NCBI GenBank assembly: GCA_002245135.1
Contig: NGBS01000019.1
Coordinates: 1 to 64,000, forward strand
Source: Proteromonas lacertae
Taxonomy: Eukaryota
Direction of reading: 5' to 3'
DNA length: 64,000 nt
Shown here: positions 26,639 to 40,230 of the stretch, piece after piece
Layout: every line of letters starts with the position of its first letter
Numbering within the stretch: position 1 is the stretch's first letter
Position numbers and translations under genes: made by a program
The notes under the pieces: generated by a model
What the model was told of the DNA's origin: nothing
The model's input: only the letters and a program-made list of their open reading frames with translations
Databases searched by the model: none

Positions 26639-29600
26639 CTAAAAATTTCCTGCTAAAAATTCATCTTCTAAATCTTCAGATGAAGAAGAATAGGAGGAAG
26701 AAGTTACTGAACTGGCTCGAGAATATTTACCTTTAGGTGGACCTTCCACTGTTGGTATTTGACGATGATAAGAATGATTATCATTATTCACTACAAATTT
26801 TCTCTTCTTCTGTTTTTCCACATTTATATTATGATGACTTTTACTGCCTAAAGCTTTAGGAGATCCTCGGTAATATGTAGATCTAGATACTCTTGGTAAT
26901 TTTGAATTAGACTGTTTTGTACTTCGAGGAACTTGATATAATGGAGGTCTATTATTGGTTTTATCGATATTTGGTAAAAAGTGAGTATTTGGAGCTAATT
27001 TCTTTAATAGTAATTTCTTTGGAGTAACAACATCTTCGGTTATTTCTTTCTTCAATTTTGGTAATGTCGCTGAAACATTTTGCATCAATTGAATTGCTTT
27101 TAAAAATCGAGATTTATCTCCATATTTTGATAATTTACCTTTCAACTTGTCATTTAATTCGTAATATTGATCCATTATATCTTGAATTTCTGCCTATTAC
27201 AATATACTATTAATATATTCATACTGCTTCTCTTGCATTTTGACGATGTTCTTGTAACAATTCTTCCATTTGTCTTTTTAATTCATCTTCAAATTTCTTC
27301 TCCATTTCTTCTGGAGATAAAATCACTGGCTTTGTCTTCATATATTCCCCCTCATCAGTTCTATTACTTTTTATTTTATTAATATTTATCAAATATATAT
27401 ATAATTATACCTTCTCGTTGTGATTGGAGATGTGGGTGGTTTTTCTATACTATCATCAGCAGAACCAATATTTCTTCTTTTCACTGGAGATCGATGATAT
27501 TTTGTATCAATTTTAGGTGGTGGTGGATGAGGACTTGGACTTTTATGTTGAGGACTATCATCTCTTAATAATAAGATTCTTCGTTTTTCAGCTTCTTTTT
27601 CTCGTTGTTTCTTTCGAGCATATTCTAATTGTTTCTTTCGATTTTCTAGATCCATTTCTCTCTGTTTTGCTAATCTCCTTCTTATTTTTCGTGCTTCTTT
27701 TGGATCTACTGGTTTAGGAGGTGATGGTTTTTCTTCTTTTACTTCTTCTTTTACTGGTTTAGGTTTGGGTTTGGATAATCGATTATAAACTGGATTAATT
27801 TTAGCTATTGATTTTCTTTTATTAGTCTCAACTTTTTTCTCTACTTCTTTTCGATTAACAAATGATTTTAATGATAAATTCTTTTCTTCTTCTAATTCTT
27901 CAAGTTTTAGTTCTTCTTCTTTTACTACATTTACTTCTTCTGTTGCTTCTTCATTATTATTAGCTTCTACTGTTTCAGCTTTTATTACATTTCTTAATTT
28001 TGATTTTCTTCTTGGTTCTGCATTAATTTGTTTATTAAATGGTAGGTGACTAACTCCTTCTTCTTCTTCTTTCTTTTCTTGAGGTCTTTTTTGTTGAGGT
28101 GGTTTAATTTTTGATTCTCTTTGAATTGGTTGTTGTGGTTGTTCTTCACCCAATTGAACATCAGTTTGTGTAATAAATATTGAAGCAGATTCTTGTTCTT
28201 GCTGTTGTTGTTCAGGTTCTTCTTCTTCTGGTCTTTCCTCTTTTTCTTTTGGTTTTTCTTCCTCTTCATCTAGGAAATCATCATCATCAAATACATCTTC
28301 TTCATCTTCATTATTACTATTATTCTCAGCGTTTTTATTTACAATGACTGTTTCTTGAGTTTGTTCAACATCTACTTCATCATTATCTTCCTCTTTATTT
28401 TGAATTGGAGATTGAGGTGGTAGTAATTGAATATCATTTCCTAATTGATTTTGTTCATCATCTTCTTCTGCTGGTTGTATATGTTCAACAATTGGTGATT
28501 TTGGAGGTACAGCTTCTTCTATTTCCTCTTCTTTCTTAAATACTTGTGTTGATATTGGAGATTTATTTAGACTTTGATCTGTTGCTAGTTCTTGTGTATC
28601 ATTTACTATTGGAGATTTTGGTATAATTTGATTAACATCATCTTTCAGGAAATTAAGTTCATCATCATTTTCTATATTATGGTTATTATCTTCATCTTTT
28701 TCTTCTTCAAGGTCATCTGGAATATCTTCATCAACTTTGTCATTATCAATATGTACTGGAGAATTACTTACTATTGGAGATTTTGGAATAGAGTTAATTG
28801 TTGGTTGAATTGGTGATTTTGGTATTTCAGTCATCTCAGATACTGGTTTATCTTCATAGTCATTATCTACTTCCTCTTCAACTAAATCTTCTTTTTCTAC
28901 TACTTCATCTAATGGAACATCATTTTCAACATTATCTTCTTCTTGTTTTTCACTATGATCGTCAAAATCATCATCTCCAAATGTATCTTCAAAAGCTTCA
29001 TCATTGTTATTATTACTATTTTCTTCTTTTCTTCTCTCTTCTTCTTCTTCTTCTTTTCTTCTCTCTTCTTCCTCTTCTTCTTCTTTTCTTCTCTCTTCTT
29101 CCTCTTCTTCTTCTTTTCTTCTCTCTTCTTCCTCTTCTTCTTCTTTTCTTCTCTCTTCTTCCTCTTCTTCTTCTTTTCTTCTCTCTTCTTCCTCTTCTTC
29201 TTCTTTTCTTCTCTCTTCTTCCTCTTCTTCTTCTTTTCTTCTCTCTTCTTCCTCCTCTTGTTTTCTCCTTTCTTCTTCCTCTTCTTCTTCTTTTCTTCTC
29301 TCTTCTTCCTCTTCTTCTTCTTTTCTTCTCTCTTCTTCCTCTTCTTCTTCTTTTCTTCTCTCTTCTTCCTCTTCTTCTTCTTTTCTTCTCTCTTCTTCTT
29401 CCTTCTTGTTTTCTTCTCTCTTCTTCTTCTTCTTGTTTTCTTCTTTCTTCTTCTTCTTCTTCTTGTTTTCTTCTCTCTTCTTCTTCTTCTTGTTTTCTTC
29501 TCTCTTCTTCCTCCTCTTGTTTTCTCCTTCTTCTTCCTCTTCTTCTTCTTTTCTTCTCTCTTCTTCCTCTTCTTCTTCTTTTCTTCTCTCTTCTTCCTCT

Positions 29601-30187
29601 TCTTCTTCTTTTCTTCTCTTCTTCTTCTTCTCTTCTTCTTCTTCTCTTCTTCTTCCTCTTCTTCTTCCTCTTCTTTTCTTCTTCTTCTTCTTCTTCTTCT
29701 TCTTCTTCTTGTCTTTTTCTCTCTTCAGCATCATCCTTATCATCATCATAATCTTCTAATTTTTCACTTTGGTTATTGTTAGTATCTGGTTCATTTTCAA
29801 AATTGGTTGATCCATCTATGTCACTCATATGTAAATCATCTTCAAAATTTTCATCCTCAAAATTACTTTCACTAACTTCATCTTTTACAGCTATTGGATT
29901 ATCATTTTTCATAAATTCATCATTAACACACGTACTTTCCTCTTCATCAGAAATATCATCAGGAATATCAGGATTTGATTGTTTTGGTATAAATTGAGGA
30001 TTATAATCATCACCATCCAAATTACTAGAATTTGGAATTTCATCATCATCGGAAGAATGGTCATTGTTATTGTGTGGTATATCGTTATTGGGTATATGAT
30101 TCGAATTGTCGTTTGATTCCTCGTATGAATCAAAGTCTTCTTCTATTAGATCTATTGAGTATATGAGATTGTTATAATACCATTCAT
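26639..30187 (-). CDS. Large acidic, low-complexity coiled-coil protein with an ER/K (EEEEEERRK) repeat tract and basic C-terminus
   Basis: ATG at 30187 plus a short intron gives MNDLIEEDFDSYEES. ORFs 29016-30020 and 27389-29749 alternate in the sensible frame. Introns at 27361-27410 and ~27193-27223 link to ORF 26639-27175. Recurrent PKSPI motifs. Confidence 0.7.
29021..29720 (-). repeat. Coding tandem minisatellite, 30-nt unit (+ strand TTTTCTTCTCTCTTCTTCCTCTTCTTCTTC) with 27-nt variants
   Basis: Head-to-tail near-identical units are directly visible; they encode EEEEEEERRK on the minus strand. Confidence 0.95.
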
Positions 30188-30340
30188 TTTCAAAATTCTA
30201 TTCTATAAATCAAAAAATTCAAAAAAGTATAAAAAACGGTTATAAAAAAGAGGCTTGAGATTTGATATTTTTTAGTTTTTTTCTCATACACAAGGAACAA
30301 GAAGAATTGAAATAGTTTTAATAAATATTCTCTTATTAAA

Positions 30341-31549
30341 CTAATTTTTAGGAGTTTCCACACTTTTTTTAGTTCCACATAAATCTTTCATCGAAGTACC
30401 AGGTTTATATCTAAAAATAGTATATAAAAGTATAGAATATACACAGACAAAAAAGTTCCTGAAAATAATGAAACAATAGCTACAGTGTATACATGTGAGT
30501 ATGGTTTGGGGAATATAATGAATGAAAGAATAATAGACAATGCTTTTCTCATAGTAGTCGTCATTGTTACAACCAATGCACCAAAAAGTTGAATAATTAC
30601 CATAATAGCATATTCGCCACATGTACCAGCTAATGCAAAACAGTAAAATCCATAAGAATCAAAGAAATATTAATTTTGATATAGAAAGAGAGTAAAAATG
30701 ATATAGCAATCCAAAATATTACATGTGGATGACTTATAGTGTATAATAATCCACCCCATAATTGACCATTGAATAAACATATCACTCCAGTAATAACAGC
30801 TGATAATCCTTTATTGAAAAACATCATTTCTGAAGTAGTTGGATTAAATCGATTATATATTAATTCTTGAATATTTCCCATAAATGCATCTGCGAATAAT
30901 GCTCCACAAAGCAAAAAAATACCAAAAATATTGAAATCTGAATCTAATGTCTTTCCAGCTAAAGATAATAGGATCATACCAAATGTCATCAATAAAACTG
31001 CAAGATATTGAGTCCATGGATATGATTTATTCTGTATAACTATTCCTACTATCATAACTGGAACTAATTTACATGATTTGAATAATAACTATATATATAT
31101 AATAAGAGTAAAAGTACCTGCGTTGGATAATTGACATATTCCAATGCTGCGTTTGATGCTCCAAGTGAAACAACTGAACATAGAGCAACAACAAAATAGT
31201 AATGAATATATTGTTTCAGGTTTGCTTTTCTTGTTGGGCCTGTTAAATCATACTCCTATTAATATTTTTAAATATGAATTCTTATACTTCTTTGTGGTAA
31301 TTGTAAAACGCAATAGAAGAATATGTCAAAAATTGAACAAAAGTTAAAAATAAACTGAATTTTACTTTATCCTTATTCCAATTTAAGAATATTCTTTCCT
31401 ATTTGATGGTAAGAATAAGCGAATACTTGAAATTGTGCATATATGCAAAAAAATACAACTAATGAGGTTGCTGTTGCTGCAAATTGTGCAAAAGGACTAT
31501 AGTATGTGATATTTACTCCAAATAGATATGATTTTCGCATATATGACAT
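30341..31549 (-). CDS. SLC35B3: UAA-family nucleotide-sugar/PAPS transporter (PAPST2-like)
   Basis: YLFGVNITYYSPFAQF N-terminus, LEYVNYPTQ/LLFKSCKLVPVMIVG, GALFADAFMGNIQE and TTTMRKALSIILSFIIFPKP. Confidence 0.85.
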
Positions 31550-31566
31550 TTTCTTTTAAAAATTGT

Positions 31567-31588
31567 TCAAGCCAAGCTTTTCTCGTTT
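31567..31588. promoter_or_regulatory. Candidate bidirectional promoter core (TCAAGCC + TCGTTT) in a 56-bp divergent gap
   Basis: Lies between ATGs at 31549 (-) and 31606 (+). The same motifs recur in other upstream gaps. Confidence 0.45.
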
Positions 31589-31605
31589 TTTATTTTTTCA
31601 TAAAG

Positions 31606-32945
31606 ATGGATGTTGAAATGCTATTCAACGAAAATGTAGCTAAAAAGAGTGATCAGAGTTCTAAAAGAAAATTAGTTTGTATAACTCCTTTTTTTATATA
31701 AACATTTAGTCTCTTTTGCGTTCATTTTCTTCTTTGTAGGATATTTTTTGGTTATATTAGGCTCACCTATTGGACTTAGTTCTATTTCAAGAAATATAAA
31801 GGCTAATCGTATTTTTTATTGTCTTAGTTGTAGAGGTGAATAAATATGCTATTGATATATATGACAAAGAGACATATAAAGGTTATATGGAGAGAAAAAC
31901 CATTTATAACCTATATTTACCTCCTTCAACCAAAATGCTGAAGAAGGATATAAAAGAGTCTGACAATAATTTACCTTACTGCTATGAAATCGATATATTT
32001 AGAACAAAAGAAGATTCTAAGTGTACTGAAGATAGATTCTGTTATTCTGAAAGTATAGAATTTAAACAATATGGATATATAAGTATTATATATAAATAAC
32101 TATTAATACAATGTATAGATAGTAGTTGTTCTTCATGGAATGATATTGTTGAATCAGAGAATTTCTTTTGGCCTTACTTCAGGGAATATTAGTATAAATA
32201 TAATAATTATAATTGATAAATAATAGTTTACAGAATTATTTGTGGAATACACTAGTAGATATCAATAGAAAATGGAATGCTTCACAATATATCATATTGA
32301 CTGTATATTATTCACTATATATATAATTTAGCAACCATTAATCTACGAAATAACCAAATCATATCAAACTTTATATGATAATATAAATGTAATTGATGAG
32401 AAATTAACAGTATATATATAATCATTTAAATTATTATTGTATAGCTTCAAGAATTGCCACCTACTCATATTTCTTATTTATTTGTTTCACAATTACAGTC
32501 ATTAAGTGAATATATTAATAAAAGGTATTATTTATACTATATATATATGATAATAAATAATAAATAGTGCAAAACCAAGCTTTGTTGATTGGTATAAGTC
32601 AAAGCCGAGAGAAGCATATAATGATAGTCCACGATATGAAAGTGTACCATTTGAGTTAAGTGCGTATAAATCATATGCTTTATATGTAAATAGTGTTGGA
32701 TTTGATTGTTCAAATGATGATTGTGATATGGATAAAATGGAAGGTTTATTATGGATTAATGGTAAATATGACTTGACAGATACAACTATGTTTCCAATTA
32801 CTTGGACATATGTTATACTGAGAGAAACAGGACATTCAACGTTTTATATGTCAAGAGTATTATTATTAATTATTCTATTATTACTATTTATAGTTTATAG
32901 TAGATGAAATAAAGGAAGAATTTACAACAAGAAGTCCACAAAACG

Positions 32946-32982
<37 letters not shown>

Positions 32983-35119
32983 TTTTTTAATTAGGGATTA
33001 AAACTATATGAAGTAGTGGTTAAATGGTTGTTATTACAACTAAAACAAGAATATGTTTCCTATATGTTTCTGAACTCTATAAAAAAGGATGTGAGCAGAG
33101 AAGAAAATGTTGTAAAAAATGATGTGATTGTAGATTTTTTATCTCAGAATATTGATTTTGTTTTAGATGATCATTCTGATTCATTAGTACTAGATGATTT
33201 AAATATGTATTTATTATTATTATTGTTCTAATATTATTAAAATAGATATTTTCCTTGTGCTGTGAGTAATGCATTAATTGCGCAATTTTTCCTATCAACT
33301 TCTGAGATTTCTATTTTAAATGTAGATAATGTATATCATTATCAAACATTAAATACGTTATGTGATTGTTTATATAACAATAGTTTTGTAACTGATACTT
33401 GTAATTGTATAATATATATATATATATATAATTTATATTATTATTATATAGTACGTCATGACGATTGGTATAACAGTGTAGAATCAATAATATTACAATA
33501 TGAATACGATGCAATTAATAAATATAGAATAATCTGTGGATTTTATAATTACACCAAATATTGGACAAAACATGACTCAATTGCAAAATATTATATGAAT
33601 AAATATAATTATGCTTCAGTTGAAGGATTAGTGTATATATATATATTATTATTATTATTATTATTATGAATAGATCTGTAGTATTTGGTGAAGATATAAT
33701 CGATCATAAATATGCTGGAGATGTTATTTTGAATAATATTTTACCAAATCATAGCAAATATTTCCAATTAGAAGCAGATGATTGGCTGAAATTCTTCAAT
33801 ACAATTAATTCTGAGAATGGTGCTGCTGTACTTAGTGATTATATTGAAGCTGTATTTAAAGAAACTGCAAATCCTCACTGTATATATATATATATATATA
33901 TATGATTATATATTGTTTAGATATGTTGGATATTACAGTAGAAATGACAAATGAACAGAATAGACAATTTTTAGATATTTTATATGACTTTGTAATGAAA
34001 TGTGTTAATAAGCTATATCCTACAGGATCAGCAAAAAAGATTCAATTAAGTGTTGATGATTTATATGTAAATGGATATATTGATCCATTTTTAGCATATT
34101 ATAAGGATGTAATGGAAATAACAAACTTAGAGTATTAACTTATTTAATTATTATATTATAGATCATATCGTTTTAGTTTAGTAAAATACAGAGGATTCTT
34201 AAGTAATGCATCACCAGTAAAACAAATAAGTTGTATAGCAACAGGAAAGAAAAATTTCAACGAATCTTACACTATAATATCAGCTTCAAATCAAGAAACA
34301 TATGGTATATATAATAACAACACCAATCTATTTGGTTATGTTTTCTACAGATTTCCTCCTACTTTACCAGATATAGAAGATAGTAATGCTAAAGAATTTG
34401 ATGTATTTATTCAATATTTATTCAGATCAGTGCATATGAGTCCATTATCCTCAGATTCTATGAAATTAGAGGAAGAAACAATAAAATATGTAGAATATGC
34501 AATATCTGATTATTATAAAATGGATATTGATAATAATGATGATTCATTCAATTTAGGTGTTGGTCCAATGTTTCATCATTTATCATTTGTTACTGGAATT
34601 GATTCAAGTTTTACAGATTGTAAAAAGAATTATACATTACGAATGAAACAGAATAATAATTGTAGTCATATGATATTAGAGCCAAAACTTGGTTATGTGT
34701 TGAATCTGTCTTTGAATTTTCAATATCATTTGAATCTAAGTTCAGGAGATATGGTTTTATATTCTGAAAAGATGCTTTTGGGTAGTGAATTATATAATGT
34801 TAAAGAAATTATGAGTACTTATAGTATGTTAGATAGAGTTGAAACATGGGAGACTGTACTGTTGTATGGTGGAATTATGTTGATGGTTATAACTACATTT
34901 TTATTAGCATTCTATTGCTTCTTAAATACAGCTACTAGTAGAATGATTGTACCTCAAAGTGATAATAATAGTGGCTATTCTGGTAATCAGGAAGTAAATA
35001 ATGTTAATAGTACTCCAGTTGCTGCAAGGCATCTTGTACAATCTTATGGAAGTCATAATGAATCTATAATTCCTGTTATAAGGCAATCTAAAATGACAAT
35101 TAATTCACAAAATCTATAA
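31606..35119 (+). CDS. Multi-exon membrane protein with N- and C-terminal TM helices; CD36/LIMP-2 (scavenger receptor B)-like
   Basis: One hydrophobic helix near the start (FAFIFFFVGIFLVILG) and one near the end (VLLYGGIMLMVITTFLLAFYCFL). ILEPKLGYVLNLSLNFQYHL resembles the conserved CD36 EPxTG...LQ motif. Family call is tentative. Confidence 0.55.
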
Positions 35120-35359
35120 TCTTTTATATATATTGTTTTTTTTTTTTATTTACGTTTTTGTTTGTGGATATACCATTGATGTAATGTAAAACAATAGAGA
35201 GGAAATAAAATTATCAAGCCTATTCTCAAGCTTTATCGATTTAAAATACAAAATCCAATCATTTTATCATATTATCCATCAATTTTAATTCAGTTTAAAT
35301 TTCTTTAATTCAAACCTACTTTCAAGCTGATTCGTCATTTTTATTCAAAATAGATTATA

Positions 35360-37306
35360 ATGTGTGGAATATTAACTATATTGGGGCTCGAAGAAGGTGT
35401 TTCTAAAACAAAGGAATTTCGTCAACATGTGGTTGGTATGCATTTATGTAATTTGTAGAGCTTATCCAAGAGATTAAGACATCGTGGACCAGATTGGAGT
35501 GGTATTCACTGCCAGAAGCATGCTATTCTCTCTCACGAAAGATTGGCCATTATTGATCCTGAGAGTGGGCAACAAGTATATTTTCCTCATTGTTCATTTT
35601 CAGCCGCTGCTTGATGATAGTGGTGATATTGCATTAGCTGTAAATGGAGAGATTTATAATCATCAAAAGGTATAAAGCAATGAATTTAATCGACAAATAG
35701 ATAAGAACAACAATATCTTACAACTTCAAAACAGGAAGTGATTGTGAAGTTATCATTCCATTATACAAAAAATATGGAGCTAATTGCCCAAAATATTTAG
35801 ATGGAATGTTTGGCTTTGTGTTAGCAGAAGAATCAGGTGAATTTATTGTAGCCCGTGATCCTATTGGTATAGTTCCATTATACATTGGTTGGGATGATAA
35901 AGGAGCGATATGGGTTGCATCAGAAATGAAAGCGTTAAAAGATGATTGTACAACTTATCAACAATTCCCTCCTGGTCATGTATATTCAAGCAAATCAGCT
36001 GCATTTGAAAGATACTATGAACCATTATGGTTACAACCAAATCATCAACCAACTCAAAAATTAGATTTAGATTTACTCAGAAATGTATTTATATTATTAT
36101 TTATATATTACATAGACTATAATCAGTGCAGTAGAAAAGAGAATGATGAGTGATGTACCATGGGGCGTATTACTTTCAGGTGGATTAGATTCATCATTAG
36201 TTGCTTCAATCGCCAATAAATTAGTAAAAAAAAGAACTGAAACTAGTTGGCCTATATTACATACATTTTCAATTGGTTTAAAAGATTCCCCTGATCTTAA
36301 AGCCGCTAGAGAAGTAGCTGATTATTTAAAGACTAAACATCATGAGTATATATTCACATTAGAAGAAGGAATTGATTGTTTAAGAGATGTTATTTATCAT
36401 TTAGAAACATATGATGTTACTACTATTAGAGCTAGCACACCAATGTTTTTAATGTCTAGAAAAATAAAGTATAAGAATATTTCTATTATTATATTATAGG
36501 GCAATTGGTGTAAAGATGGTATTAAGTGGTGAAGGTGCAGATGAAGTATTTGCTGGATATTTATATTTTCATAAAGCACCTAATGCAGAAGCACTACATG
36601 AAGAAACAGTATATATAATATATATAATATAATATATAATGAATAGATACGTAAAGTAAGTAATTTATATTATTATGATTGTTTAAGAGCTAATAAAGCA
36701 ACAAGTGCTTGGGGTTTAGAAGCAAGAGTGCCATTCTTAGATTTAGAAGTATTAAATGTTGCAATGAATTTAGATCCAACTGTAAAAATGTCATCTACTA
36801 ATCCCAATGGAGCACAAATTGAGAAATATATTGTAAGAAAAGCTTTTGATGTTGAAGACGATATTTATTTACCTCATCATATATTATATAGACAAAAAGA
36901 GCAGTTTAGTGATGGTGTAGGTTATGGTTGGATTGATTACCTTAGAGAATACGCTGAGAATGAAGTTAGTGATAAACAGATGCTAAATGCAAAGTATAGA
37001 TTTCCATATAATACACCAATGACAAAGGAAGCATATTATTATCGAACAGTGTTTGAAGAATTCTATGGTAATGGCTCCAGTATAAAGACTGTACCTGGAG
37101 GTCCTAGTATTGCTTGTAGTACTGCTGCAGCGATTGAGTGGGATGAGTCGTTTAAGAAGATGGCTGAAGAAACTAATGGTGAATGTAGTGGTCGTAGTGT
37201 TTCCGCTCATAAGCATCATTACAAAGACAATGAAGGTGCTCATGGTGTTAAACGTAGAAAATTGTCTTTAGATGAAACTGCCTCTAGAGTATTAACACCT
37301 CATTAA
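35360..37306 (+). CDS. ASNS: Asparagine synthetase, glutamine-hydrolysing
   Basis: N-terminal [46 protein letters not shown] and [11 protein letters not shown]; several short introns. Confidence 0.97.
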
Positions 37307-37558
37307 GAATTACCATTAAGAATTCATATTTTGGAATTTTATGTTTTTTTGTTTTGAATTATTAAGATGTAAAATTACTTCTGATTTCATTGAATCTTCA
37401 AATTATTCATTATATTTTCATTTTATTTTGAATATAGATAATTCAATTTTTTAATATTGAATAATTAATTATTCTATCATAATATATGTTTATGTTGTTA
37501 TTAAAATCAAATTAAACCACAAACAATAAAACTAAATTCAAAAAAGTTAATTTTTATA

Positions 37559-38134
37559 TTACTTTTTCATTGCATCAATCAACCAACTAATTCCTTCATC
37601 TAATCCTTCACCAGTTAAACCATTACTTGATGTTATATGCCAAGGTTTTTCTTTAATATCAGTTAAAGATAAAGCAACAGTACATTCAACACTGGTCATT
37701 GCTGAAGGTAAATCCATCTTATTAGCAAAGAACAATATTGGCACTCTTCTATTTTTTATATCTGAATGATTGAGAATTGATAGTAACTCATCCTTAGCAA
37801 TACACATTCTTATTCTATCATCAGAATCAAGAACAAAAATAATTGCTTCAGCACTTGCATAACATTGTTCCCACAAATGACGGTATTTTTCCTGTCCAGA
37901 CATATCATAGCAAGAGAATTTGATGTTATCTCTTTGGAATGAATCTGTAACAAAACCAACAGTTGGTGCCACACCATTACCTCCCTAAAATGTAAATATG
38001 ATTTTCAATACTCCTCCTGGTTTCAATTTATTTAAAATGGTTGTTTTACCACTATTATCTAATCCCAATAAAAGAATATTGATTGTTGGACCAGACATAC
38101 CAAACGCCTTTTTCAATGAGTCCCAAATGCCCAT
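37559..38134 (-). CDS. ARL6: ADP-ribosylation factor-like GTPase 6 (BBS3)
   Basis: GLDNSGKTTILNKLKP, DMSGQEKYRHLWE, DRIRMCIAKDEL..LNHSDIKNRRVPILFFANKMDL and KPWHI are ARL6-diagnostic; 27-nt intron at 37985-38011. Confidence 0.92.
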
Positions 38135-38240
38135 TCTATTTTAATTTTTAAAATTCAATAACTATAAATAACGAATCTATTTTCAATTATTGTTTTAAAA
38201 TCAACAAAAAGTATAATAGATGTCACTAAAACATTACTAT

Positions 38241-40093
38241 TTATTCAAAATACTTTTGTAATAAGACAGTAGTTGCAGGATTAAATCCATTTACAGCAGC
38301 TTTGCTTGTTCTTGTATCTTTCATTTGTACTCTAATCTTAGAAGCAAGTACTTTACCTAATTCAACACCCCATTGATCAAATGAGCAAATATTCCAAATG
38401 AAACCTTCAACAGCTGTACGATGTTCATAAATTGCTAATAATTGACCAGTTGTGTATGGTGTTAATTTAGTGAATAATAATGATGAAGATGGTCTATTTC
38501 CAGGGAACAATTTGTGAGGATGTAATTCTTCTGGAACTCCTTCTTTCTCTATGATATACAATAAAATTAAAAATATTAATTATATTATATACTTAAATCT
38601 TCAACAGTCTTACCACAAGCTAAAGCATCAGGTTGAGCAAAGAAATTACACATCAATTCATCATGATTAGAGACAACTTCACCTTTTCCTTCAAAAGGTT
38701 GTTGTGAATATTTAAATCCAATAAAATCAGCAGGAATAACTCTACCTTGATGTACCAACTGGTAGAAACTATGTTGGCCGTTTGTACCTGGTTCACCAAA
38801 ATCGATTTCACCAGCTTCGAATGGTATGGCAGTTCCATCCATGCTAACTCTCTTACCATTGCTCTCCATGTCGACTTGTTGAATATGAGCTGGGAAACGA
38901 AGTAAAGCTTGACAGTATGGTAATAAGGCTCGAGTTGAATATCCTAAGAATGTTGAATTCCATACACCTAATAAACCCATTAATACTGGAATATTCTAGA
39001 AAATAATAAATATTATGTATACTTCTTTAAATGGTGCTTCTTTGAAATGAACATCTACACTATGAGCTCCTTGTAAGAATTTCTCCATAATTGGATATCC
39101 ATAATGAATGGATAAAGGTAACATACCTACTGCACTGCATACACTATATCTTCCACCTACCCAATCCCAAAATCCAAACACATTATTCTCATCAATACCA
39201 AATGCCTTTGTTTTCTCTATAGCTGTACTTACTGCAATGATGTGCTTAGAGACAATATCACTTTCTTTAGCTCCTTTTGCTGATAATGCAGATACAATCC
39301 ATTGTCGTAAAGATCTTGAGTTTAACATTGTTTCAGCTGTTGTAAATGTTTTAGATACAATAACAATTAATGTAGTCTCTGGATCAAATCCTTCTGTTGC
39401 TCTAGCAATATCAATTGGATCAACATTGGCCAAAAACTTCATTTGTCTTCCTTGTGCAGCTTTAGCAGCATCACAATCTGTTCTTAAAGCTTCATATACA
39501 AATTCTGGACCTAAATAACTACCTCCAATACCAATTGATATTAATTGAGTTAATTTCTTTCCGGTACATCCTACCCATTCACCATTTCTTACTTTGTCGC
39601 TGAATTCGTGTATTTTATCGAGAACTTTGTGTACTTCTGGAATTACATTAGTTCCATCTACAAATACGGTACTTTCTCTTGGCTCACGAAGAGCAGTGTG
39701 AAGAACAGCACGATTTTCAGTCACATTCAACTTCATACCATATTGCATGGCACTCTATATATAAAAACAAAGAGTAAAATACAATCTTATCCTTTAATTT
39801 AGCTGCTTCTGCTAATTTAAGAAGAAGTTCCTATTAAAGAGATAAAATATTATCAAAAAATACCATCGTTTTTGGTGTTACTTTCTGTCTTGTGTAATCG
39901 AAGATAATGTTGTCATAACTTGCACTTAATTCACTGAATCTGGTTGGAGACTATTTTATGGTATTAATAATTGAGTAAATACTTGAAGCAATTCTCTTAA
40001 ATGAAGTGGTTCGATCTCTTTGACATGCTCAGCAAGTGCCTTCCATTCAGGAGTTTCCCAGATGTGAATAGCTTTGAATAAATCAAGTTGCAT
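38241..40093 (-). CDS. GPI: Glucose-6-phosphate isomerase
   Basis: [55 protein letters not shown] and [11 protein letters not shown]. Confidence 0.98.
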
Positions 40094-40230
40094 AGTGAAT
40101 AAAATGGGTAAGAATCTTATCGAAAAATCTGAGTAACGAATGTATTTTCAATAATTAAAAAGGATTTCAAGCCAAACTTGAATATCATTTTTCATTTGCT
40201 TTGTTTCTTCTTTGATACGCATTTTAATCG

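Noticed and set aside
29021..29720. CRISPR array or telomeric repeat
   Set aside because: The units are head-to-tail with no unique spacers, are purine-only on the coding strand apart from rare C, and lie inside a protein-coding gene.
28798..29782. Three plus-strand ORFs rich in F/L/S
   Set aside because: They are antisense shadows of the GAA-rich repeat, which lacks stops on that strand.
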